Source: Chrysochromulina tobinii
Lineage: Eukaryota
Length of the DNA stretch: 44,382 nucleotides
Direction of reading: 5' to 3'
Assembly: GCA_001275005.1 (NCBI GenBank)
Contig: JWZX01003360.1
Coordinates: forward strand, 1-44,382
Part shown: positions 32,631 to 42,614 of the stretch, piece after piece
How the letters are laid out: each line of letters begins with the position of its first letter
Position numbering within the stretch: the stretch's first letter is position 1
Program-made: the position numbers and the translations under genes
Notes under the pieces: model-generated
What the model was told of the DNA's origin: nothing
Databases searched by the model: none
The model's input: the letters and a program-made list of their open reading frames with translations, nothing else

Positions 32631-32824
32631 CGTCGTTGGCGTCGCGGTCCGAGCTCACATACGAAAATCCATCGCGCTTTCCTTTTTCCTGCGAAACCAC
32701 GACGACGCGCGGTCATACCGGAGCGCGGGGGGGGTCCGCGACGAAACTGATTGACTGACTGATCACTGAATGGCGGCCCATAACGCCACAATCTTCGTCG
32801 AAAGGCCTCCCGAGGCGCGCGAGG

Positions 32825-33622
32825 ATGTCATCAGCGTCGACGAGTCATCTTGATGCCTTGGCACAACCTCCTCAGTTCCACTCTCATCGTGCTGACCCGC
32901 ACTGTGAGCCACAGTTCACGGTGGTCACATTCATGTCAGACAATCGGCCGCAGCATACCAACCTGCTCGTGCAGAGCGCTGGCATACACTCACAGCGCCT
33001 CGTGATTCTGCCATGGAACCGATCCGACAATTACCTGCAGAAGGTAACCAGCCTGCGCGACTGGGCGCAGCACCAGTGTCCGCAGAGCATCGTGATGCTG
33101 ACGGACGCCTACGACACGTTCATGTCCTGCAACGCAGCAAGAATACTGCGGACCTTCCGCGCACTGAGGACGGGAGTGCTCTTTTCTGTCGAACAGCTTT
33201 GGTCATGGCAGCAGGACGAAGACAAGCCGTACTACGACGGCATCGCCCGAGGACCTTACAGGTACCTGAACGCGGGCGGTTTCATCGGCTATGTGAGCGC
33301 GCTGCTTCCCCTGCTGCGCGAGACGAAGTTCGTGCGCTTCTACAAGGGCGCGGACCAGGTCGCCTACAGCCACTTACTTGCAACGCGCAGCAACGAGTTC
33401 AATGTGTCCTTCGACTACGATTCCAAGGTCTTCTATGTCGTGTCTGGGCCCGACTGGTCGAGCAGCGGGCTGAGAGAAGCTCGCATAAACCACAGCCGCC
33501 CGTGCGTCATGCACGTGCCTTGGGTGTTGCTCCCGCGGAACAACGCCACGCTCCATACCCTCTTCCTGAAGTACTCGCTCGGCACGGGCGACCACCACGT
33601 TGCGGTTGGGAGTAGGCAGTAG
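32825..33622 (+). CDS. PLOD (procollagen lysyl hydroxylase)-type glycosyltransferase domain protein
   Basis: MLTDAYD, YRYLNAGGFIG, DQ motifs. Confidence 0.7.
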   Translation: MSSASTSHLDALAQPPQFHSHRADPHCEPQFTVVTFMSDNRPQHTNLLVQSAGIHSQRLVILPWNRSDNYLQKVTSLRDWAQHQCPQSIVMLTDAYDTFMSCNAARILRTFRALRTGVLFSVEQLWSWQQDEDKPYYDGIARGPYRYLNAGGFIGYVSALLPLLRETKFVRFYKGADQVAYSHLLATRSNEFNVSFDYDSKVFYVVSGPDWSSSGLREARINHSRPCVMHVPWVLLPRNNATLHTLFLKYSLGTGDHHVAVGSRQ

Positions 33623-34550
33623 CCCTCCGTATAGAGCTTTTAGTGCTTTGGGGCTCGTATGGGGCTCGAGCTGGACGCCCGATGCGAGTTACGGATCGAG
33701 ACGTTTCGTGCTATTTTAAAAATCGTGAGATTCGTATGAAGGCGTACAAGGGAACGAGAACGACGGGTCACGGGAAGCCGGCGATAGCTCTCTAAACATG
33801 GTACACAGCCACTAAGTCGATGAAATTCAGTGAGGCGCCTGGCTCCTTGACTGCCAAGGGGTGAACCGTTTTTTTCTCACGAAAGCGCCTGGGTCGTCGC
33901 GTTGTCTCCGATCCCCAAGAGGGGTTCGGGTTGTCTGTCGTTTCTAGACATGTTCTGTCTGATACGTCTCCACCCTCTTCATACACCAGCCCGACGTAAC
34001 TCGAGCGACACACACATCCCGGATCTCCTTGTATAGACCGGATATGAAACCATCGTAGTTGCATGAAACAACCGCGCTTTCTAGCGCGGAGGGGCACCGA
34101 GAGGGGTACGTAGCGAACGAGATAAACAGGCCATCATCAGCTGCCCCACAGATCCGTCGTGTCAGGCCCTGCCTGACGACCAACCAGCCCAGTAACCCAG
34201 TTATAATCATGGTTCATGCTCATAAGCCGTTAAGCCCTCTAACCTCAAGCTCATCACTGTCGTGCTTCTGTCCTGTATTGCTTTCATAGTGGGCACCCTT
34301 GCGAACCTCTGTGGGGAACACGCAGCTTCTGTTAAAACAAACGTGTGAAGTTGCGTCCTGTATTATTGCTGATTACGTGAGTTGGTGACAGTGAATTAAA
34401 ACAGGACCACACAGTATACAGCTTCGGTGCTCATGCATTGGTGTGTATTCACATGAAGCTGAGCGTGTGCGCTCGATGAGTGTGCCCCTCCGTGGCATGA
34501 TGTAGCAATCAAGCGCAATCGCAAGAGGGACCCAATTACATGTAGGAGCC

Positions 34551-34577
34551 GTTCAAGTTCAAGTTCAAGTTCAAGTT
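34551..34577 (-). repeat. (TTGAAC)4 3' tail of the LINE
   Basis: gttcaa x4 + gtt on the plus strand, about 370 bp downstream of the last stop codon; short tandem tails are typical of several APE-LINE clades. Confidence 0.7.
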
Positions 34578-34947
34578 ACTTCATAAACAACAGACAACCT
34601 AACGGAAGCCTATCGAAAGTGCTCTCGAGGCTAGCAGTGGGGGTGAGAGTCGACGGAGATGGTGAGACACAGTGGAAGGATCACGAACGGGAGGGAGACC
34701 AGGAGGAGACACGCCACAGGGTGCTAGCCTGCGTGCCCTCAGAGTACAGCTAGGGATCGAAGAGTATAGATAGAGAGAAGGGGATTGGGGAAGAGAAAGC
34801 GGGGGACATAGACGCCTGCTCGACCGAGGAACTCGAAGCCGATCGGCGCCGCGTCACGCTCGTAGAGAAGACCAGTGCGAGAGAGAGGCCCGTGCTGCAG
34901 CCAACTGAATGACGCGGCAAGGATACCCTTCTCTCGTGCTACTCAAC

Positions 34948-37557
34948 TCAATTCCCGCTCGCTCCGTCCGCCGCCAGTCGTCGAACAGCCCTTGCCGCAG
35001 CCTGCCGCTGAGCACCGTTCTTCTGCTTGCCGCGCGTGCGCTTCCCCTTTTTGATGCCGCCTATCGAGCTGCTGCACCCCTCCGCGCGCTGCATCGACGC
35101 GTTCTCTTTGCCCGTCATAGCCTCGTCTTCGTCGCTGCCCTCTACCTCGCGTGCCGCCATCGACGCCCCCTTCTCGACGCCGTCGACGCCCTCGTAGCCC
35201 ATGACGCCGCCGTCATCGCCCTCGAGCGCTCGTCCGGCAACGCTGTTGCCGCCGTCCGTGCCGTCGCCGTCCGGCCTGACGCGCCCAACAGACACCCCCT
35301 CTCTCTGCTGCTCCCTCTCTGCATCCTGCGCATGCAACTCAGCTGCTACATCCATGCTACACATCAGCTCATCATGAACGTCGTCAGGCGCCATCTCACT
35401 CATGCACTCAGCCTCCACTCTCGCCGCGCTCGGCTCGCCCGTGAGCTCATCGTCCATCTCAAGCCCACGCGCCACCCATTTCGCGGCGAGGCCTCTCGGG
35501 CTCGTTGCCATCTGCGCGTCGGGCCAACCGCGCCATCGCACCGCCTCATCGTCGTCGTCCTCAACATCCTCGCCAGCCAGCGACACACCGTGTTGCTGAG
35601 TCGCTTGCAAAAAGGGGGCTCGGCGCGCCGCCTCGTCGATCTCGGACTCCTCCTCGATGTCCTCATTCGCCGTGCCATACAACTGCGTCGCCTGAAGTAG
35701 AGGCGCTGCCACATCATCAGCAATCATCTCGTCGGGATCGCCATCCATGTGAGCCGGCGCCACGCCAGCGTCGCCCTCAACAGCGCGCTCGTCTGCGCCG
35801 CCGGTAACCCGCGCTGCCCTCGTCGCCTCACCGCCATCCGGCATCAACCACGCGCGCGCGCCTACTGCCGACGCTTCGCGCATGAGCCGCGTCGCCCTTT
35901 CTCGGCCACCGTCGGCGAGCAGCGCACTCTCCTCTTCGTCCGGCTCCGATAGACCCTCGAAGCCGCGCTCGATGCGCCTCTCGAGCAGCTCGCCCAACTC
36001 CCGCTCCTGCTCGAGCCGAGCGTACTTGAACCGGCCCTCCTCAGCTCTCAGCCGCTCTCGCTCCTTGCCCTCGTCCCTCTTCTTGCGGAGCTCCTCGCGC
36101 CGCGCGTCGGCCGTGCCGTGCGTACGCACGAGCGTTTCGCCGCCCACGACGCGCACAAAACGCCCCGGCTGCAGCTCCGCCGCGATGCCCTTCTCAAAGT
36201 CGGCCTCGCTCATCGGCACGCCCGCGCTGCCATTGACCGGATAAAACGTGCCGAAGAGTTGTTCGTCGAGAACGCGCCCGCGCCCGCCGGTATAGTGCCT
36301 TTGGTAATCGCCGCCGTACGCTCCGCGCAGCCCGGCGTGCCCTCGCCTCATGCGCCCCAGCCAATCGCTGAACTCGGCTCGCAAATGATCGATCACCACC
36401 GTGTTGAGCGCGATGACCCGTGCGACGTACCATTTGTTGAACCTGCGCCGCGCCTCCGCGAGCCGCTTGTAGTCAAACTCGCTCCGCGGCCGAGCCTCCT
36501 CACACTCGAGCTCGTCCAACTCGTCGTCATCGTCGGCCGCGGCCTCCGCCGTAGACTCCTGCCGCGATGACTCGCGCTGCCAACAGTCGGCCAACGCCGC
36601 TGCTCGGACCGAAGCCGCCGAGGGCGTCGCGAACGCGCCGCACAGCGCCTTGGCCGCTAAATATCTGCGGTACCTCCCCAGCTCGCCGGGCTGTCGCTTC
36701 GCAAGCAGCGCCACTCTCGCCCATGCCAGCTCGAGGTGTAAGTCGCCCTCGCCCTCGCCGTCCTCCGCGCTCGGCACGTCGAGCATCGTCGCGTGCTGCT
36801 CGAGAGCCCTGCAGCACGCGCTCCTGGCGGCCTCGCTGATGCCGCTCGCGCACTCGAAGAAGTGGAAAAAGTCGCATCGGCACTCAGCGTGGCACGCCGG
36901 GCAGATGCAGAGGGGCAGCGTCTCACCCTCGGTCGGCGTACTCGACGCAACGCCTTCACCCAGCTCGGGTAGCACGCTCTGCGCAAAGTTCCGCAAGATG
37001 TGGCGCATGCCCACCCTCGTGAGCTCCACTTGACTACCGTAGCCACCGCCTCTCTGAATCGAGAGAGTGCCCTGGATCCGCCAATCGAACAGCTGCTGCC
37101 CCTTGGTGACGTCCAAGCCCTCGCCCTCGAAGTCAAAGAAGGGAGTGGCGAAGAGGCGCCCCTCGAGCAGCTCCGGTGAGGCCGTCCCGTCGACTGCGCA
37201 GAGAAGATCGCGCTGCGCCTGCTCAAACATTGCCCGCGCATCCCTGCCCGCTCGGCCCTCACCCGTCATTTCATCGTCGCTGACCGGCCCCTCCTTGACC
37301 AGAAAGACGAGCTCCTCGATCTCGGTCCGCGCATCGCGCCCCCGTCGAAAGATCTGCCACACCTTGACCCCCTCCCTGATGAGCAGCTGCACCGCGCAAG
37401 TGTCGGCGAGCGCGCGCACCTTCTTGGACAGCCTCGAGTCGAGCTCCGCCGCCGACCTCGCGCACTCAGCCTGATCAGAGCACGTCGATGGCGGACCCCA
37501 TGTCATACCTGCGCCGCCGCGACGAGAAGGAAACCGCCGCGTCCGCGTGCGACGCAA
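34948..37557 (-). CDS. LINE ORF2 C-terminal segment (out of frame with RT segment), with Cys/His knuckle and acidic tail
   Basis: CICPACHAECRCDFFHFFEC resembles the non-LTR C-terminal CCHC motif; overlaps the end of the RT ORF. Confidence 0.65.
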   Translation of the reverse strand: MRRTRTRRFPSRRGGAGMTWGPPSTCSDQAECARSAAELDSRLSKKVRALADTCAVQLLIREGVKVWQIFRRGRDARTEIEELVFLVKEGPVSDDEMTGEGRAGRDARAMFEQAQRDLLCAVDGTASPELLEGRLFATPFFDFEGEGLDVTKGQQLFDWRIQGTLSIQRGGGYGSQVELTRVGMRHILRNFAQSVLPELGEGVASSTPTEGETLPLCICPACHAECRCDFFHFFECASGISEAARSACCRALEQHATMLDVPSAEDGEGEGDLHLELAWARVALLAKRQPGELGRYRRYLAAKALCGAFATPSAASVRAAALADCWQRESSRQESTAEAAADDDDELDELECEEARPRSEFDYKRLAEARRRFNKWYVARVIALNTVVIDHLRAEFSDWLGRMRRGHAGLRGAYGGDYQRHYTGGRGRVLDEQLFGTFYPVNGSAGVPMSEADFEKGIAAELQPGRFVRVVGGETLVRTHGTADARREELRKKRDEGKERERLRAEEGRFKYARLEQERELGELLERRIERGFEGLSEPDEEESALLADGGRERATRLMREASAVGARAWLMPDGGEATRAARVTGGADERAVEGDAGVAPAHMDGDPDEMIADDVAAPLLQATQLYGTANEDIEEESEIDEAARRAPFLQATQQHGVSLAGEDVEDDDDEAVRWRGWPDAQMATSPRGLAAKWVARGLEMDDELTGEPSAARVEAECMSEMAPDDVHDELMCSMDVAAELHAQDAEREQQREGVSVGRVRPDGDGTDGGNSVAGRALEGDDGGVMGYEGVDGVEKGASMAAREVEGSDEDEAMTGKENASMQRAEGCSSSIGGIKKGKRTRGKQKNGAQRQAAARAVRRLAADGASGN

Positions 37558-40500
37558 GCAAGCTCGATCTTGCCAATCTCGCCCATCAGCGCCAGATTGA
37601 TGTCAGTGGCGATGAGCGCCGCCTCGTCGCGTGCAATGCGCACTTTCAGCGGCTCGCCGTACGCGTTCGCAAAGAGCGCCCCCTCGTCCGCACACTCCAC
37701 CTCGCGGTCGCGCATAAAGCTCCGTGAGACGACGCTCTCGAGCGCCATCGGAGCTCGCTCAAAGTGGGAAGGCACATGCGCCGCTGTGCGCCACCCTCGC
37801 CACAGGCAGCCGTTACTCCGCCCGTTGTTCCACGCGACTCCATCATACCGAGCCTCGACGAGTGCGTCCGTGAACTTCGCCCCGTCAGCGTCGCGTGGCG
37901 CCGGCAGCACGCGTACCGCCGCCACGCGATTTTCGAAGCCATTCGCCCGTCGTAGTTCGGCAGCGCACGTTGCTGACCACGCCGTCGTGTGCGCGCCGGC
38001 CACGTGTTTGCCGGCCTTATCCGCAGCCCTGTCCTCTCGCAGGTTGACCTCTTTGGCGCAGACGCCCTTGGCGCGTAACGCCGCGTAGTCGAGCAGCAGG
38101 AGGTCGATGAGCTCGATGCGCGCAGCAGCCGCCCGCGGCTCGATGCCAGCCGAGCGTCCGGCCGCGGCGAGGAACGCTGCAGCACTCGCTGGCCCTCGCA
38201 GCCGATGCAGGAAGCAGTTAAATGTGTTCGGCTCCCACCTCGAAACGTCCGCCTCGTCCATCCACGCGATCACCTCATCAGTCTCATTGGGCTCAACGTG
38301 TTCGGCCGACGCACCGCACGAGCTCATTGCCGCCGTCGCGTCGCGTCTCGCCGCGTCACGCCTAGCCGCGCCCTCCAACACTTGCGCCCGCGTGAGCCAG
38401 ACCGCGTCGCGCCGCCGAGCGCCGCAAAAGATCACCTCGTAAGAGCGCTCATCGAGCCGGCCACCGCCAGCGTCCTTGCACCACAGAATCCCCGCAATCC
38501 GCGAGTGCATGCTCAGCGCCCTGCGCCTGCCCACGTTGATCAGCTCAGTGAGCGCGATCTCGCCCACCATCCGCACGCCGCGCTCTCGCCAGTCACCGAG
38601 CGCAGCCTTCGCGCGCGTGTCGCCGGCAACCTCGCGCAGCAGCCGTCGCACATGCGCCTTGTCAATGTCGCTCCAGGCCCATCCAGGCCTCGCGTAGATG
38701 AGCTCGATTCGCTCGGCGCTCAGTAGCTCGCCGCAGCCCGCGTGTAGCTCGTCGAGGCTATTAATTCCGAGCCCGTGCAGACGCAGCGAGGGCGTGACGT
38801 TGGTCATGTTGATGAGCCGCACCTTGGTTGCCGCCTGCTCGCCGCGAGCAGCTGCTCGCCGTGCATCAGCCGCGCACTCTGCCACGCCGGTGCCGCGCCA
38901 ATTGAGCCCGAGCTTTGCCAGATGCAGCGCCACGCACTCGCTCGGCACGTCGAGCCGTAGTAACGGTAGCCAGCGCTCCGAGATCACGAAGTCGAAAGCC
39001 GTAGGTGCCTCGTGCGACGGGCCGTCCCAGCCGAAACTTGCCGCAAAGGCTAAGTGCGCCGCGAGCTGCACCGCGCGTGCGGGCTCGCCCCGCCGGCCGC
39101 CAAACGCGCGCGCCCGCTCGTCAATGATGCCCGCCGCCATCGTCGACTGAACTGGCCGCAGCCCGAGCCCTCCACACTTGCCCGAGATGAAGGCTCCCAC
39201 GATCTTGGAGTGCCGTAGCCGGTTGCCGTGGTAGCATAACACCTTGGTGGCCTTATTATTGAGCGCTTTGGCAGCCATCTCAGTGAACGGAATAGTCCTT
39301 GCAGGAAAGATGAAGATACCTTGCCAGACCGTATTGATTGCAAGCGACAGCTGATCGCAGCTGCCGCCGCCCAAGTTGTTGATCATGGTGACGATGGCGC
39401 TGGCCCGTGCGCGGTAAGACTCCTCCACTTTGGTCATGTCGAGCTCAGGGTCGAAGTCAATGCCCAGGTATCGATAGGAGATCGCCCGTGCCAGCTCGAT
39501 ATCCTCGCGGGAGCTGCCTAGCGGAACTTTGAACTTGTTGCCGTCGCCGCGAATGAACTCGTTGTGCGACTTGTCCCAGGTCCAGGACAGCGACGCCGAC
39601 TTGGATGCCTCGGCCGTGTCGTGCCCGACCTTGAGCCCCAGGATATCCTCCGACAGCAAAATCATTATGTCCACCGCAGTCTGGATGATGCCCTCGACGG
39701 CGTCAGCAAGTGCGCCGTCGTCGGCATACCACAACTGCAGCGCCGCGACACGCAGTTCGCGACGATCCGGCAGTGGGCTGCCCGGCACGTAGCTCTCGAG
39801 TGCGCGCTGTACGAGCGCCGCCACAGGCAGCGAGAACAGCGGCGATTCGACGCCGCCGATAGGTTCGCCCCTGAGCATCGGACATAGCTCCGTAGGGCCG
39901 CCGGCTGTTTTGAAGGCGCCCATAACCTGATCCTGAACTTCACGTAAGATCTGAACCGAGATGGTGTTGACGCCGAGCTCGTGTAGGATGAAGGCGACTA
40001 GTTGTCTCGAAATGGAGGGGAAGAAGACGCTATAGTCCTGGAAGTAGATGTGGAGGGGCTGTCGCAGCCGCATGTGCAATTCTAACCTTGCCCGCAGTGC
40101 CGCAGATTGTTCCGGGCAGCCGCGCCCGGGCTCGAAACCCGCGTTGCACCACGGCCGTGTGTGCGCGATGACCTCGGCGCACTCTGGCAAGATGGCGCCG
40201 ACCACCAGCTTCCACAGGTGTGCCTGGATCCATATTTCTCGCCAGCCGCTTAGCTTGCACCTATCCTTGCCCGGCTTCGGAATCAACGTCGCGTGCCACG
40301 TAGTCCAACTCGTCGGAAAGGAGAAAGTCGCCACCTCAGTCGCAATGGATTCAGCGAAGAGCTTGGCGAGCTCAGGCCCACCCTGCTTGACGAGCACCAC
40401 GTTGAACTCATCGAGCCCGGTCGCCAGCTTCTCCTTGACGGACTTGGACAGTTGCATCACCCGTTCAGGTGTGAGCACGCGCTGCAACAACTCGAGCACT

Positions 40501-41912
40501 CGCAGGTCGGTGCACTTCTCGCCGGTCTCATTGAACTCAAGCTGGTATTCGCCGGTCCAGTACTCATAAACCCTGTCCTTGTCGCCTTCAGACGCGTCAG
40601 TCGCGTAGATGGCCGAGCGGAGCCTGTCGCGCCATAACCGATTCTCAATGTCGCGCCGTCGCTGCGCGCGCTGCTCCTCCGACTGCACGCCCTGCAGATC
40701 CGCCGCCTCGCCGCTTACGTCGAGCTCGGTCTCCATGTCGTCGCCGTTGAGCTCCGCGTGAACCTCGGGCTTCTCCGCAGCCGTGTCAAAGACCGCAGCA
40801 CGCTCACTGATGCTCGAGCTGCGTCCACCCGTTCCGGCGCACTCCTCCACTGCTGCAATCTTGCTGTCGCCCTTCGCTGTCAATCCAGCAAGCGCGCAAT
40901 CAGCCTCGCCGTCGACGAGTGGAATGGGTGTGTCTGCATCAGCACGACGCTCATCGTCGCAACCGTAGCAATCCCCGGCCATCTTAGCCGCCTTCTCGTC
41001 GAGCCTCTTCTGCGCGCGCTTGTTGCACAGCCGCGCCACGAACCTCAGGTGGCAGCGCTTGGGCTCGCACGTGCAATCGAGCACGACCCGCTTGCCGAGC
41101 TCGACCGCGATGTTGACAAGCGAGTCGATCTCGTTGTCGATGTCGGTGGGATTGACGCGCCCGAGTCCCGGCACCACGCACTCGATCGGCAGCCCCTTCT
41201 CCACCGCCGTCTCGTACGCGTCCTTGCCCTGCTCGTACCAGATCTCGTAGCACTCGCAGACGAGATCGCGCAGAGCCTCGTCCTTGCCGTCCACGCCCAT
41301 CTTGAACGGGTTGCCCAGCAGCCCTTGCCTGGTGCCATCGTAGCGCACCCGCCCTTGATGCGCCTCGTTAGGGAACTTGCCATTACCCACAACGAAAAAC
41401 TCGCCCGCCGGAGGACGTTGACACTTTTCCACGCGCTCGCTCCTGGCAGCGAAGCGCGGACGTCTCGACAACCTGCTCTCCGCTTCTTCGACAATTTGAT
41501 GCGCTGCGCCCGCTTCGCGTGCCGTTGCGCCGCCGCGCGTCTCGCCACGCTCGATGGAGCACCTCTGCATGAGGTGCCCAGCCGCCTCCAGGCACACGAT
41601 GTTGGGCGTGTTTCCCGCGCGCACTTTGGCCGCCACAGCCTTGTCGCGCGCCGCGCCCGTGAGCATGTTGCCGGTCGCCTCGTCCTCGATGGCCACGAGC
41701 TGCCCGCCGGGGCCCCGATCCTTTTTCGACATGAGCCCAGCCCGCTCGCGCCGAATGACCTCAGCCGCCGCCCTCGCGTACCCCAGCTCCCTTTCGGCCA
41801 GGACCTGCAGCTGCTCGTTCACGTAGTTGAGGCGCACGTCGAGCCGATGCTCGTCAATCTCCTTGACGCTCGCGTCGACGCACCGGCGCACGAGCAGGAG
41901 CTCGCGCTCGCG
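37503..41912 (-). CDS. LINE ORF2 reverse transcriptase segment with N-terminal DUF4326-like insert
   Basis: LIPKPGKD..WREI, NAGFEPGRG, YFQDY, RGEPIGGVESP, WYADD (39717-39728), YRYLGI, GGLGL. Confidence 0.9.
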   Translation of the reverse strand, partial: RERELLLVRRCVDASVKEIDEHRLDVRLNYVNEQLQVLAERELGYARAAAEVIRRERAGLMSKKDRGPGGQLVAIEDEATGNMLTGAARDKAVAAKVRAGNTPNIVCLEAAGHLMQRCSIERGETRGGATAREAGAAHQIVEEAESRLSRRPRFAARSERVEKCQRPPAGEFFVVGNGKFPNEAHQGRVRYDGTRQGLLGNPFKMGVDGKDEALRDLVCECYEIWYEQGKDAYETAVEKGLPIECVVPGLGRVNPTDIDNEIDSLVNIAVELGKRVVLDCTCEPKRCHLRFVARLCNKRAQKRLDEKAAKMAGDCYGCDDERRADADTPIPLVDGEADCALAGLTAKGDSKIAAVEECAGTGGRSSSISERAAVFDTAAEKPEVHAELNGDDMETELDVSGEAADLQGVQSEEQRAQRRRDIENRLWRDRLRSAIYATDASEGDKDRVYEYWTGEYQLEFNETGEKCTDLRVLELLQRVLTPERVMQLSKSVKEKLATGLDEFNVVLVKQGGPELAKLFAESIATEVATFSFPTSWTTWHATLIPKPGKDRCKLSGWREIWIQAHLWKLVVGAILPECAEVIAHTRPWCNAGFEPGRGCPEQSAALRARLELHMRLRQPLHIYFQDYSVFFPSISRQLVAFILHELGVNTISVQILREVQDQVMGAFKTAGGPTELCPMLRGEPIGGVESPLFSLPVAALVQRALESYVPGSPLPDRRELRVAALQLWYADDGALADAVEGIIQTAVDIMILLSEDILGLKVGHDTAEASKSASLSWTWDKSHNEFIRGDGNKFKVPLGSSREDIELARAISYRYLGIDFDPELDMTKVEESYRARASAIVTMINNLGGGSCDQLSLAINTVWQGIFIFPARTIPFTEMAAKALNNKATKVLCYHGNRLRHSKIVGAFISGKCGGLGLRPVQSTMAAGIIDERARAFGGRRGEPARAVQLAAHLAFAASFGWDGPSHEAPTAFDFVISERWLPLLRLDVPSECVALHLAKLGLNWRGTGVAECAADARRAAARGEQAATKVRLINMTNVTPSLRLHGLGINSLDELHAGCGELLSAERIELIYARPGWAWSDIDKAHVRRLLREVAGDTRAKAALGDWRERGVRMVGEIALTELINVGRRRALSMHSRIAGILWCKDAGGGRLDERSYEVIFCGARRRDAVWLTRAQVLEGAARRDAARRDATAAMSSCGASAEHVEPNETDEVIAWMDEADVSRWEPNTFNCFLHRLRGPASAAAFLAAAGRSAGIEPRAAAARIELIDLLLLDYAALRAKGVCAKEVNLREDRAADKAGKHVAGAHTTAWSATCAAELRRANGFENRVAAVRVLPAPRDADGAKFTDALVEARYDGVAWNNGRSNGCLWRGWRTAAHVPSHFERAPMALESVVSRSFMRDREVECADEGALFANAYGEPLKVRIARDEAALIATDINLALMGEIGKIELACVARGRGGFLLVAAAQV

Positions 41913-42614
41913 ACGTGCGTGGTCGTGAAGACGGCGCGCAAACCCAAGCTCGCAAAGATGCCCAAGCAGCCGTTCAAGAAGTCCAAGTCGGCGAAGAAGA
42001 GCGGCGCGAGCGCGGCCAAGCAGGTGATTGCGCGAGCGCACGCGTTACCTGATCGAGGCGACGACGGGCACGGCGGGCTCGTTGACGACGCCGAGGCGGA
42101 CGTGAGCGACCGGGAGCTCGAGGAGGCGCCCGTTGCGAGCGACGAGGATTCGGAGCCGATCGGCTGGGCAGCGTATCAAGAGCAGGTCGTCGGCGAGTGC
42201 AGCAACACGATGAAGGATTGGGTTGCTGGGCGCGAGGCTGCGTGCGCCGAGGCGCTGAGGCAGCTCATCGTCAAGGAGGGGCCGCGGGCCGATGAGCGTG
42301 CCAAGGGGCTGGCGAGAGACGAGGCCGAGGCCAATTACGAGGCGACGCACGGCACGCTCGTGGATCACATGATGCAGTCGTGCATGTCGGTGGCGCGCAA
42401 GGTCATCGGCGCGCCGGCGGCGAAAAAGGGTCGGAAGCAGACGGCGAGCGAGGTGCTCCGGCGGAAGCTCGACAAGTACCTCGAGATCGAGCGGGAGATT
42501 GAGGAGGCGCGGCCGTCAGACATCGACATCGAGTTCGGCTTCTGCGGCAAGCTCCCGGCCAGATGGCTTCGCAAGGAGAGCGCGCTCACTCCCGAGCTGC
42601 GGCATCTCTTTCTA
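41913..42614 (+). other. Inverted 702-bp piece of LINE ORF2 (APE-RT linker), now reading on the plus strand
   Basis: Open plus frame TCVVVKTARK...ELRHLFL bounded by TCGCG (41908-41912) and CGCGA (42615-42619). Confidence 0.85.

Noticed and set aside
33623..34550. Short ORFs and a possible LINE target-site duplication
   Set aside because: No recognisable products; a TSD cannot be tested because the element's 5' end is outside the window
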